From NCBI GenBank assembly GCA_030265395.1, contig JARFYF010000084.1, positions 62,486,507 to 62,550,506 of the forward strand: a DNA stretch of 64,000 nt, read 5' to 3'. The notes beneath the pieces were generated by a model, which saw nothing but the letters and a program-made list of their open reading frames with translations, did not search any database and had not been told where the DNA came from. Below, piece after piece: positions 25,900 through 37,900 of this stretch. Both the position numbers and the translations under genes were made by a program. Positions within the stretch are counted from its first letter, which is position 1, and each line of letters begins with the position of its first letter. The stretch comes from Rhina ancylostomus (lineage: Eukaryota).

Positions 25900-26000
25900 G
25901 AGTCCTGATGTAGGGTTTCAACCTGAAATGTCGGCAATTCCTTTCCTCCCACAAATGCTGCTTGAACCACTGAGTTACTTCAGCAGATGGTTTATTGCTT
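25900..26000 (+). mobile_element. Penelope terminal fragment with hammerhead-like core
   Basis: GTC-CTGATGTA-GGGTTTCAACCT-GAAA-TGTC-GGC, followed by the ATGCTGCTTGAACCACTGAGTT tail. Confidence 0.65.
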
Positions 26001-26384
26001 TTTTTTTACATTTTATAGTGATTCCAAAACCTTTAACATTGGAAATAGGCTGCTGATGCTGAAAAAATTGGAAAAATACCAATTCATATCATTAATTGAA
26101 GCGGAATGGGTGATGGAAGACTGATACAGTATAATTAAGCTAGCCAGGTGGATGGGGAACAAAGAATTTATTCAACCTTTCCACAGCAAAGTTTGTTGCA
26201 TAACAGCAGTCATTGCTCTTTCAGAATAAAAGGAGGGAGAAGCAAACAAACTGGTTAGCTTGACATCAGTGGTCAAGAAAATTATGGAATCTATTATTTC
26301 TGGAAGTAGTAATAGGACTACTTTAAAAATAATAGGATTTCAGAGCCATTGTGGATATGTGGTAAAGAAATCAAGTTTGAGAAA

Positions 26385-27040
26385 TCATAAAATCATAGAA
26401 ATGTACAACACAGAAATGGGCCCTTTCAGTCCATCTCATTCATGCTGACCATGATGCCTATGTATGCTAATCTCATTTGCCAGCCTGTATGTTTTCTATC
26501 TAAGTATATGTCCAAAGACCTTTTAAACATTGTAATTGTATCTGCCTCCACTACCTCATCTAGCAGCTCATTCCAGATATTCATGACTCTGTGTGGAAAG
26601 TGTTATCCCTCAGTTCTCCTTTAAATGTCTCCCCTTTCATCTTAAACCTGTGCCCTCTAGTTTTAAACTTCCCTGCCCTAGAAAAAAGATTCTGACCACC
26701 TTTCTCATCAATGTCCCTCGTAATTCTATTGAACCTTTATGTGGTCACCCCTCAGTCCTCCATACCAGTGAAAATAAACCCAACGTATCCAATCTCTCCT
26801 TATAACTACAACTCCCCATTCCAGTCAACATCCTATTGAATCTCTTCTGCACTTTCTTCATTGCTACCATTGTTCTTCCTGTAGTGTGGCAACCAGAACT
26901 GTACATTGTACTCAAAGTGCGCTCTAACCAATATTTTGTACAACTGCAATATGATGACCCAACTCATACTCAGTGGTTTGGACTATGAAGCCAGACGTAC
27001 ATAATGCCTTGTTCACTACCCTATCCACCTGTGTTTTGGT
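26385..27040 (-). mobile_element. CR1 LINE 3' end
   Basis: Reverse-complement CR1 C-terminal region (QVDRVVNKA..., FKTRGHRFK) and tail. Confidence 0.8.
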
Positions 27041-27229
27041 TAGTTTTGTGAGATTGTAACTCAAAAAATAGATAATGACAAACCAACTGAAGTGTAGTAG
27101 CAGGACTTTCAATAGGACTTTTATAAGTTGCAACAAAAAGTTATTAAAGAAGAGTGCATGGAATTTTGGGTCATATATGGACATGCACTGACGACTGATC
27201 TACTGGCAGAAAACAGAATAGGAATACAC

Positions 27230-28570
27230 AAGTCATCACTGGGTTGGGAAGATGTGATATCGCAGGGATTAATGTTGGTTCTCCAGCTGTTCACAATCTA
27301 TATCAATGATTTAGATTAGGGAGCCAAATTTCACTTGTGCAGATGTATTTATGATACAATCTAGGTGGCAGTATGAACTATGATGAATATAAAGAAATGC
27401 ATCAGNNNNNNNNNNNNNNNNNNNNNNNNNNNNNNNNNNNNNNNNNNNNNNNNNNNNNNNNNNNNNNNNNNNNNNNNNNNNNNNNNNNNNNNNNNNNNNN
27501 NNNNNGGTCCACATCCTCAAGGTTGCCACGCAGGTCGATAGGGTTGTTAAGAAGGCGTATGGTGCATTGGCCTTTATTACTCTGGGTATTGAATTCAAGA
27601 GCCATCAGTTAATGTTGCAGCTCTATAGAACTCTGGTCAGACCACACTTGGAGTAGTGTGTTCATTTCTAGTCACCTCATTACACAAAGGATGTGGAAGC
27701 TTCAGAGAGGGTGCAGAGGAGATTTACCAAGATGCTGCCTGGATTAGTGAGCAAGTCTTATGAGGATAGGTTGAGTGAGCTGGGGCTTTTCTCTTTGGAA
27801 AGAAGGAGGATGAGAGGCAACTTGATAGAGGTGTACAAGATGATAAGAGGCACAGATCGAGTGGACAGTCAGAGACTTTTTCCCAAGGTGAAAATGGCTT
27901 ACACGAGGGGGTATCATTTTAAGGTGACTGGAGAAAGGTATAAAGGTGGATGTCAGAGGTAATTTTTTTTAACTTTATTTACAGCATGGTAACAGGCCCT
28001 TCTGGCCCAACAAGTCCACACCACCCATTTTTTAAACCCCAAATTAACCTACCCGTACGTCTTTGGAATGTGGGAGGAAACCGGAGCACCCGGAAAGATA
28101 GACTTGCAATTGATAAAGTGCAGCGAAGTTCGCCAGATTGATTCTTGGGTTTATCATATAAGGAGACGTTTAGGAGAGTGATCATATATTCTCCAGGGGT
28201 TGGAATTAGAGCAGATCTCATTGAAACATATAAAATCCTTATGGGCTTGACAGGGTAGATACAAGGTAGATACTTCCCCTGGCTGGGAAGTATGTAACCA
28301 GTGTCCACAGTCTCAAAATGAGACGTCAGTCATTTAGGAAATTTCTTGACCTGGAGGATAGTGAATCTTTGGAAATCTCTTTCCAAGAAAGCTGTGGAGG
28401 CCCGGTTATGGAGTAGATTCAGACTGAGATTGATAGATGGTTAGATATTAAAGGATTCACGGGATATGGGCTTGCTGTTAGAAAGTTGTGGTGAGGTAAA
28501 AGATGAGTCATGAACTTATCAAATGGTGAAATATCCTGAGGGGTTAAATGGCCTAGTCCAGCTTTTCATT
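27230..28570 (+). mobile_element. Nested CR1 3' fragments with a SINE (- strand, ~27975-28095)
   Basis: ERVQRRFTKMLPGL..YEDRLSELGLFSLERRRMRGNLIEVYKMIRG; SINE core CGTCTTTGGAATGTGGGAGGAAACCGGAGCACCCGG. Confidence 0.8.
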
Positions 28571-29149
28571 TGTATGTTTGGAGGTTCTTGATCTGCAACT
28601 GAGGCAACTGGTCAAATCCCATTTCCATCTATTTAACTTAAGACAACCTTCTTTTCCACCATTTATACAGATCCCTTAAAAGTACCTTAGCACACAATAC
28701 AAAAAAAATGAAGAGGTATCTGTTATAATTAAATAATGGCATTTATATCCTGTGTATGTATGCCTTTGGCAACAAAATACTGTGAACTTTAACTTGAATA
28801 AACTTGAACTTGTAGTTTTGGCCTCACATCTCACGTGATTGTAAAGAATTCTATGGCATCATGTGAAGAAACTCTGGCAATTTAACTCATGTGGAGCTTG
28901 CATGTGCACATTGGTTGCTGTGTTTCCTGATATAACAACAATGACTAAATTGGCTGCAAACTCCTTCGCAATATTCTGTAGTTGAGATAAATAAAAGCAA
29001 GCTTAATCTTCCTTTGGCCTTGCCTGGTATTTGATTGGGAGAGAGTAAATGACAGTGTGTGTGATGGCTGAGCTTGATGCCTAGATTATCTTTATTTTTT
29101 TCTTGCAAAATAATATCTAGAAGAGGAGTTAGAAAGGCTTGCACATGGA

Positions 29150-30110
29150 CAGAATTCACAAGTAACTTAAATTAGAAATTACATTTGGGTTTATAATCAG
29201 ACCAAGATCCTAAAATCTTCAAAGAGGGATAAGTTGCAGTGGTAAATGAAGATGTATATTGAGCCAATGGAAACAGATCAGGAGGAGTGAGATGTACAGC
29301 TGGGGTTTAGCGTGAATCTTAAAGCCGAGAAAGGTGAAGAGAGAAATCCAGGTGACTTAAGGTATGGCAGCAGAATGTAAGGCAAAGAAGTTTGACTATG
29401 GAGTGATGGTATGGACTGTATGATCAGCAATAGTTACAGAACTATTTTGGGATGATTCCATGCAAGACTTTAAGCATCATTTTTGATCTGAAGTGTTGGG
29501 TTATTTCAGCAGATGAGCTGAGGCAGTGAGGAGTATATGATGCTCTGGAGGTGGGAAAAAATAGTCTAAGGAGATGGAGTGAATGTGTAGGCTAATGCTC
29601 TTCCATCTTGAGTTTAACAGCAAGGTGATGAACAGTTCATTTCAGCCTCAGACTATTGCCAGGGAGAACAAGGCAGAGTGGCAGGGACCAAATACAGTGG
29701 CAATGGTCTTTCCAATATTTAGTTGTAAGAAATTTCCATTTACCCATTATTCAATGTTAGTCAATCTGTGTAATAATTTAAAAACAGACATGAGTTGAGA
29801 CATATGGTAGTGAGCTTAATATGGGTATTGCCAGCACATATGTAGAGACTTCTTTACATGATGTTCTTGAGGGGAAGCATGGAAATGAGAAACAAGGGTC
29901 AAGGAGATACTCTTAATGACACCACACAAAATAGTCTGGGCTTAAAAAGCCATTGCAGGTAATTTCCTTGGCATGACTGAATAGTTAAGCATAAAATTAA
30001 ACAAGTGCAGTTACTCCCAGCTGTGCAATGGCAGAGTATGAGGAAGTCAACTATGACAAAGAATTCAGATGTAAGACAAGTTGAGAAGGACAAGAAGGGA
30101 TGGTTTACCG
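29150..30110 (-). mobile_element. L2-like LINE remnant
   Basis: Purine-rich degraded sequence similar to 36940-37900 and 54560-55370. Confidence 0.45.
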
Positions 30111-31995
30111 TTTTTATTTAATAGGATGAGACTACAAAATGTTATGGTATAAATGGATCTGGAGGTCCTAGTACATGAAGCACAAAAAGTTGGCAGCAAT
30201 TGCAGCATGCACCTTCACTGTAAGGGATATGGAATATAAAAGTGGGGAAGTTTCGATGCAACTTTACAAGGCATGGTGAGGCTTTGGCTTGAGTAATGAG
30301 TAGTTTTGGCCTACATATTTAAAGAATGATGAAAAATACTATGATTCTGGAGGAACTCAGCAGGCCAGGCAGCATCTGTGGAGAAAAGCAGGTGGTCAGG
30401 ACCCTTCTTCAGTACTCAAGATAGGAAAAGGGGAAGCCCAATATATAGGAGGGAAAAGCAGAGCAGTGATAAAAGAGTGGACAAAAGAGTGGACAAAAGA
30501 GGGGAGGTGGGATGGGCACAAGGTGGTGATAGGTAGANNNNNNNNNNNNNNNNNNNNNNNNNNNNNNNNNNNNNNNNNNNNNNNNNNNNNNNNNNNNNNN
30601 NNNNNNNNNNNNNNNNNNNNNNNNNNNNNNNNNNNNNNNNNNNNNNNNNNNNNNNNNNNNNNNNNNNNNNNNNNNNNNNNNNNNNNNNNNNNNNNNNNNN
30701 NNNNNNNNNNNNNNNNNNNNNNNNNNNNNNNNNNNNNNNNNNNNNNNNNNNNNNNNNNNNNNNNNNNNNNNNNNNNNNNNNNNNNNNNNNNNNNNNNNNN
30801 NNNNNNNNNNNNNNNNNNNNNNNNNNNNNACATATCAGTGATAGTGTGGGAGGGGGCATTGAAGTGACTGGCAACGGGAGGATGCAGATCGTGGTTACGA
30901 ACAGAGTGCAGGTGTTCTGTGAAACAGTCACCTAGTCTGCGTTTGGTTTTACCAATGCAAAGGAGGCCATACTTGGAGCACCGAATGCAGTAGATGATAC
31001 TAAGGGAGGTGCAGGTGAATCTCTGTCTCATCTGAAAGAAATGTTTGGGTCCCTTGATGGAGGTGGTGTAGAGGTAGGTATTGCATCTATGGCAGGGGCA
31101 TTGGAAAGTTCCTGGGGTGGGAGCAGGATGGGTTGGGGGGGAGGAGTGAACTAGGGAGTTGTGAAGAGAGCAGTCCTTGCAAAAGGTAGAAAGGGGTGGG
31201 GAGGGGCTTGGTAGTGGGGTCCTGTTGGAGACGGAGGAAGGGGCAGAGAATGATATGTAGGCTGGTGGGATGAAATGTGAAGACAAGGGGGACCCTATCC
31301 CTGTTGGGTCTGGGATGGGTGGGAATGAGAGCAGATGTGCGGGAAATGGCAGAGATACAGGTGTGAGCTCTCTTGACCACAATCGGGGGGAAGCCCCAGT
31401 TAGAAAAGAAGTTGGACATCTCAGATCTCCCGGAGTGGAAAGCCTCATCATGGGAGCAGATGCGGCAGAGGTGGAGAAAAAGGGATAGCATCCATGCAAG
31501 AGACAGGGTGGCAGGAACTGTAATTGAGGTAGCCGTGGGTGTCAATGGTTTTGTGGAATATGTCAGTGGATAAAAAAATCTCCTGAGATGGAGACTGCAT
31601 CTCCTGAGATGATATGCTTGCATCAGAGGGTGTGCAGAGAAGATTCATTAGGATGATCCCTTGGATGAAGAAACTGATAGTTGAGCCATCTGGGTCTGAA
31701 CTCACTGGAGTTTAGAAGAATGGGAGATGATCTTATTGAAACATATACTGATGTGCTGGATGATGAGAGGATGTTTCATCAAGTGGGGTTATTGAGGCCA
31801 GGGGCATAGTTTCAGAATAAGGATGAGGAGGAATTTCATCTCTCAAAGGCTTATGATCCTTATAAATGCTCTACCTCCGAGAACTGTAGAGGTGGAGTCA
31901 TTGATAGTGGTAGAGACCAAAAATGGATTAGCTATAATCTTATCGAATGGCCTAGAAGGCTCAAGGGAGCAACTGGCCTACTTCTGTTCCTGTTT
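30110..31995 (+). mobile_element. CR1 3' fragment split by the Penelope insertion
   Basis: 30110-30330 (DLEVLVH..., MEYKSGEV) continues at 31609-31995 (VQRRFIRMIP, LEFRRM.DDLIETY, tail). Confidence 0.75.
30331..31608 (-). mobile_element. Penelope-like retroelement (RT C-terminus + GIY-YIG endonuclease), 5'-truncated and inserted in a CR1
   Basis: TDIFHKTIDTHGYLNYSSCHP; TFQCPCHRCNT...RQRFTCTSLSIIYCIRCSKYGLLCIGKTKRRLGDCFTEHL..PVASHFN. The flanks rejoin into the CR1 reading LKND|MLASEGVQRRF. Confidence 0.9.
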
Positions 31996-33003
31996 CTAAT
32001 GTTGCAGTCACCCAGGAAGTCATGTGTGCCTTTGATAAGAGATGTATTGGTACTGTGGCAGGTTGTACCTGATTGGAGAAATTCAAGCAAAACGTTCCTA
32101 GAAAGGTGTCAGCCGGTTTGGGAGCCAAAAGCGCATTTAGTGACTTTAGAAGGGATGTTGGGAGATGGCAGAGGGAAAAGAGGCTCTATCAGCTCATTTT
32201 TGCTATTTGAATTTTGATTTATCCCTAATGTGTTGAAGCACTGGTTACATCTATCAATATATTTTTCTTTCCGGATTCTGAAAGCACCGTAAATTTAGAG
32301 TTTTGTCTGTTTCNNNNNNNNNNNNNNNNNNNNNNNNNNNNNNNNNNNNNNNNNNNNNNNNNNNNNNNNNNNNNNNNNNNNNNNNNNNNNNNNNNNNNNN
32401 NNNNNNNNNNNNNTGTTTCGCAATCAACTTTTAACGACGGCTTACAAATCTGACCTTGTCAACGGGCTTCTGGGCGGGCTCTCGGTGATCAGAAGAGCAA
32501 AGGGCACATTAGTCGAGTGCGCCGCCAGGCTACAGCGCCTTAACAAGGACGGTTTCCCCGAGCGTAGGATATTATAAGCAAATGCCCCTGCTGACAGTGT
32601 GAATCAGCTCAGACTGTGGCCGGGTAGGGAGAGGGAGCGGGTAGGCGCCCGCTGGGGTTGTTGCTGGGGGGACAGGTCGGTTCCGAGCTGGGCCGAGTCT
32701 CAACTCGGTTTCAGGTGAAGCCAGGCTTCGCCGACGTACCGACCGGCACCAACAGTGGCGGGAGGCAGGCTGCGCGGAGGCGATGTGACGGCAAGTCGAC
32801 CTTTTTTTCTCTCTCTCTGGGTTTTTAATTTTTAAGAAAGGAGCAGCGAAGGCAGCCGCCGCAGCCTTCCACCACGAAGCTGATTTGTGCTCCCTCTCCC
32901 CACAACCCAAACCTCCTTCCCCGGCTCTGGTGCTCCATCGAGCGGCCGCAGCCACTTTCGCAACCCCGCCCACTCCCCCGTCTCCGTCTAATAAGGAAGA
33001 AGC

Positions 33004-33010
33004 TTGCGTG
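33004..33010 (+). promoter_or_regulatory. Consensus xenobiotic/dioxin response element (TNGCGTG)
   Basis: TTGCGTG about 200 bp upstream of the AHR start codon. Motif match only; function untested. Confidence 0.4.
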
Positions 33011-33205
33011 TGTGACAGAGAAAAAAGTAGTGGTGGAAGGAGAGATAAGCGCTTTTCACTCGCCTTTCCTTTCTTGGATTAATCTGTGCGCTGGCCTACT
33101 GACTGCCCGTTGAATTACTTTTAAAAACAAAGTCTCGGGAAAAGAAGCAAACATTCCGAATCGAGGGAGAGAGAAGGTTCCTGCGCCCTTTTTTCAACGA
33201 CGAGG

Positions 33206-33261
33206 ATGAACTCTAGCAGTATTTACGCCAGCCGTAAGCGGCGAAAGCCAGTTCAGAAAAG
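33206..33261 (+). CDS. AHR: Aryl hydrocarbon receptor, coding exon 1 (MNSSSIYASRKRRKPVQK + 2 nt; basic region / NLS)
   Basis: ATG at 33206 with A at -3. Translation closely matches the mammalian AHR N-terminus (MNSSSANITYASRKRRKPVQK). Followed by the donor AG|GTAAGG at 33262 (phase 2). Lies in a CpG island. Confidence 0.95.
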
Positions 33262-34937
33262 GTAAGGCAGTGTCACTTCGCTCTTCCTGGAAACATTGTG
33301 CCCCCAGGGTCGGCGACGATTACAGCGCCGCTTCTGCCAACTACCCAGCCCGTCTCTCTGTCTCTGAAGTGGCTCAAGGCATTCTTGTTTGTTTTCTTAT
33401 TTTGCCATCTACACCATCAGCGCTTACAAAAGTACGGTCTGCATTCTGATCTCACTAGATCATAATTTCTCTTCTTTTGCTGATCAGTAGTAACTTTCTA
33501 GTTTCGTTGTTTGGTGATTCTGTGCGCTGTACTTTTACGTTTAGACCGAATGAGTAGTCTCGGAATTTTTGTTGACCTTGATCCCGTTACGGTTGCCAGA
33601 AATGTTGTAAACACGCAGGTAAATTCTGTAGGTAACCCCCCCTCCCGTTCTGAAATATTAGCTGTTTAATCTGTTGAACAAAACCTACGATCCATCCCCA
33701 GAAGTAGATTTTACTGAAATTCACATACATAGTAGAAAGTAAATATTGTACTCTTGAAATCTACTCCGAAACCAGACGCAAATAATAACCTGTAGTGTCC
33801 GCAATACAGTTGTCAGTCTATTTATAAAGCCTTGGTGAATAGAAACACACAAATCATATTTGTTTTAACATACGACTTTTCTAACCGTTAAAATTACGTC
33901 ATTATTATTAGACAATGGGATTTATTAGTGGTGAAGAGTTGTATGTTCCTTCAATAATTTGTACTACACAAGAATATTTACAACTTAAAAACATCAGGCT
34001 TGTGCAGTACTGTTTCTCTGGGTGAACACTTGTGGAATTTGTTTTCCCCACTTAGACTTCCCTAACGTATGGATTAATGAAGTTGTAGAACAAAATAGTG
34101 ATGACTTTTTGCTACGATCGTCTACAAAACCAGCACTGATTTTTTTTTTACTTTGGTGGGATAGTGTTCAGGAGGAGGTAAATACTTATGAGATTATCAT
34201 TTAACTACTTATGAAGTAATCATTATCTTTCCAATGCCGCCCCCCCCCCCAAAAACAAAACAACTAAAAATACGTGATATCATTGCCTCCCCCTCCCTTC
34301 CATGTGGAGAAGGGGAAGGTTTGCGGTGACATGACTGGAACTTCATCATTTGTGACATTTTAAGTTTTTTCTTAAATTATATTTGTTTAGTGTTTAAAGT
34401 AACATATATCGTTTACCATATCTGCATTGTATATACAAAATATTTGAATTACAACCATTAATTACCATGCTTGTTTTAGAAGTATTTTCCAGTCATGTTT
34501 CCTTTATGCATTTGAGCAGAAGAATTACTTGAATAACAATGCAATGGGAATGGTTCAACTTTCATGATGTGCATCCGCAGATATGTGTATTTGGCTGGAA
34601 ATTTAAAACAAAAATCTACATTTTTTTGTCACTTTGAAGCCTCTGTATGTGTTCTACTGCACCAACATTGGTAAATCTGGCCGGAAGTGAGAGATTTGTA
34701 CACGTGGGGTTAAACTAGAGTAATGTGGCACAAATTATTTGTGACAGCAGAGTGTTGGAACTTCTGTTGCTCGATTAATTTTGCATGAATTTATTTGTTA
34801 AACTGCTCAATTACCCCAGAGTCACATAGTCAGTTTTTGGGTTCTTAAATCAAAATCTATTGTTTTATTTTGCTTGAGGTTTTTACTTAACAGAAAAGAG
34901 AAAGGAAGGGAATGTATTCTGATGTAGTTGCACCTCC

Positions 34938-35030
34938 AGAATCAGGTTTATTATCATTGACATATGTCATGAAATTTTGCGGCAGCAGTACAGTGCAAGA
35001 CATAAAAATTACTATTGAGTTACAAAGTAG
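34938..35030 (-). mobile_element. Rex1/Babar-type LINE tail fragment
   Basis: AGAATCAGGTTTATTATC...GCAGCAGTACAGTGCAAGACATAAAAA is the reverse complement of the tail at ~39700-39776. Confidence 0.6.
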
Positions 35031-36614
35031 AAACAAAGGAAGTCTTAACTTGTAATGTGTGACATAAATACAGCTTTTTAAGTTGCAGTGGTAATCTGAT
35101 GTACAAGACTCCATGTGTGTTGTTTTTCTGTTAAATATGGAGTGACATAGCTTTTTACAATCCACCTCTGACTGCCCATCTAAATAGTTAATTCTTTTGT
35201 TTAGTACCTATTTTTGTTCTAATTACACCTCTAAAACATCTTTCAACATATTTCCCTGTCAAAGACACTACGTAAATGCAAGTTACAGCTTTTTAAATTG
35301 TATGTAGTTCAGGCTCCTCAGTGTAGGTCCCTCCATCAGAACTTTATGGGTGCAGAAAAACAGCCATATGCTTTATATCTGCTAAGTCAGTACAGTTTGA
35401 TTTATTGGAACAATGCCACCTATGGTAAAGGGCAGAATTTGGCAGCTGTACTGAGAAACTATTATAAGGCTCCCAATTTAACATATGAATCTACTATTGT
35501 TGCTAATAATGATGTTGGAAGCAATCCATTGTACAACAATACAGATTTCTCTCTTAAAAGTGCATTTAAAAAAAAACTGTGACCACATGTGCATGCATTT
35601 TTCATCCGTTTGGTGTGGATGTACATAAAATCAAGCCATAGATGCATCTTTCATGTGGTGTTTTGCTAGATTGGCTGGTGAAGATAAAGGAGGATATTAG
35701 TGCTTCCAGAGTCTTGAGCATTTTTTTTTCTTAGTTCTGCAAAATTTAAAATGTTCTGGATTTTACTGTAATGACTCATTTCTCACAAAAATGTTATTTA
35801 TGATATAAAGTTGCATAGAGCTAGAAAGTTGCATCTAGCTTTGTAACAACTTCAGAAAGTATGTATATAATTTGAAAAATGGGTGCTTTCTGATATTTAG
35901 AGATTTCCCTTTAGCAGATATTCTGTAACAAATATGAAAAAACTTTAATTTTATGGGACCTTCAAAATGTAGAAGATTATTTAAGAAGGTTTGTTTAAGA
36001 AGCAATATGTTGTGATTACTAGCTGAGAAATATGTGGATGTTCTACCTGAAGATATCCACTTAGCTTCATTTTAGTCTTTTCTTGCATGTGATTGCCAAC
36101 TGACCACATTATATTTGCCATTAGCAAATTAGCATTGGTTTTGCTCAAATTTGAATGTAGCCTATAGTAGGATAACTAAATTGTGTAGTGGAGGGGATGA
36201 GTATTTGGGTGAGGTGAAGAAGAAAAATATGGATGGCTGAGCACCCTGGTTCATGTGTATATCCATTTGAAAGTTGGTTCTTTATTGATCTAAGTTCTTG
36301 AATTGTTTAGAGCCATCAATGGTTTGTTGATTGATTAGTTTAGCCATCCACAATAAAAATAGGTTGCATAAATGGAATGGTAATACAGATTGCAATTTGT
36401 AGGTTAGAGGGTGGACTGAAGAGGTTCCATTTTTTCCACATTGAAACATTTTTAATCTTGAGTATTAAGATATTGTAGAAGTTGCCATCCGATAAGTTTG
36501 ATTATTCCATGAATTCTGCTTGACACTGGAATATATCTGCATTTGCTAAGGGTCAGGTTCTTACAAGAGAAGATAACTGCAGAAAAATAGAACTGTTGAG
36601 CAAAAAGCATTGGC

Positions 36615-36880
36615 ACAGTGGGTTCAATCCTGATCCCTGCTGTCTGTGTGGAATTTGCATGTTCTCTCTGTAACCACATGGGTTTCCTCCAGGTACTCTG
36701 GTTCCCTTCTCTATCCCGACGATGTGCGGGTTGGTAGGCCGCTGCAAATTAGGTTTAATGTGTAGATGGGTGGTAGAGTCTGGGGAGAGTTGATGGGAAT
36801 GTGGGGAGATTACATTGGCTGAGTGGAAATGTGTGCGCTAAGTCTGTGCTCATATTGTGGGCTGAAGAGCCTGTTTCTGA
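36615..36880 (+). mobile_element. tRNA-derived SINE (V-SINE-like)
   Basis: B-box-like GGGTTCAATCC, central GTGTGGAATTTGCATGTTCTC...GGGTTTCCTCCAGGTACTCTGGTT, and a CR1-like tail. Confidence 0.75.
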
Positions 36881-36939
36881 GTGATCACAAACCTCTGAGG
36901 TAAGTCAAGCAGTGAAATGTTTGGTAACTGTTTTTATGT

Positions 36940-37900
36940 AGTACCACCAAATGTAGGAAAACATCCCAAGAAGGAAACCAAAAGAATGGATGCTGCTCAT
37001 GGTGTAAGAGGCTGGTTAAGAGAATGGATTTGTGGGGGAAAAAATGTTTTGAAGTTAAAAAAGAAATGGAAAGGAGGAAAGTTCTGAAAATTGGTCTGGA
37101 GCAACTGAAGGCTCTGACACCAGTGTTGGAGTGAATGCAGGAGATACAAGTACAAAGGGCTGGTTTGAAGATGGAAACATAATGAAGTTCATTATTCAAT
37201 GAGCAAGAATCAGGTACATGGGACTTAATCAGCGACTCGCTATGCACAATTTGTTTTGCTGAGGTGAATTTAGGGGAAGAATGGTAAAATTAAATCCACA
37301 GGTAATTATAAATGTGGATAGGGTTTCAGCGAGTGTCTAATTCAATAATTAATTTAATTGAAGAATAAGATGTGGAGTTCAAAGTTCATATGTCATTTGA
37401 AGAACTCATCATTTTTAACTACCTAATAGCCTGAGTTTGTGGTCAGGAATAGTAATGATGGAGGCCAGAAATAATGACCTGGCTTTGATCTTTCTGATGT
37501 TTGTTTGAAGGATATTTTGACTTGATTAATGCAGACAATGCATCCTGAATGCCCTTAGATGGTTATGGGTGAGGGTGGTGAGAGATTGGTGGATTTTGGT
37601 GTTATGGATGATGATGCCACAGCATAGACCTATAAATGAGAGTAAAAATGAGCCACTGCAAATCCTTGGGGATTCTGAAATGGTGTGGTTGGCTGGAGGG
37701 AGGAAATGAAAGTGAATGGGAAGCGCACTGGTTTCTTCCCACAGGAGGCGTTGGAACTATCAGTTGAATTCCTGTAGTGGAGAGATACAAGAGTAGAAAG
37801 GGTGATGATAGTTCAACTGATTGTAAGGCTGAAGAGGACAAAATGCTAATACAGTTACAGTTGATAAATTTGGACAAGTTTTTGGAGCAGAAATAAAAAA
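36940..37900 (-). mobile_element. L2-like LINE remnant
   Basis: Degraded similarity to 54560-55370 and 38560-39000. Confidence 0.45.

Larger units (their letters stand above)
32415..33360 (+). promoter_or_regulatory. CpG island / GC-rich promoter and 5' UTR of AHR
   Basis: Abrupt rise in GC and CpG density against a CpG-depleted background. GC boxes (GGGCGG ~32472, CCCCGCCC ~32964) and a TGACG half-CRE at 32786. Directly upstream of the AHR ATG. Confidence 0.85.

Noticed and set aside
30396-31499. 367-aa ORF as a host gene
   Set aside because: It is a Penelope GIY-YIG fragment, inflated by about 100 X residues from an N gap.
32572-33082. ORFs 32572..32973 (-) and 32885..33082 (+) in the promoter
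   Set aside because: Low-complexity Ala/Pro/Arg translations expected from GC-rich DNA, with non-ATG starts and no recognisable domain.
36615-36640. tRNA gene suggested by the B-box GGTTCAATCC
   Set aside because: No cloverleaf; it is the head of a tRNA-derived SINE.
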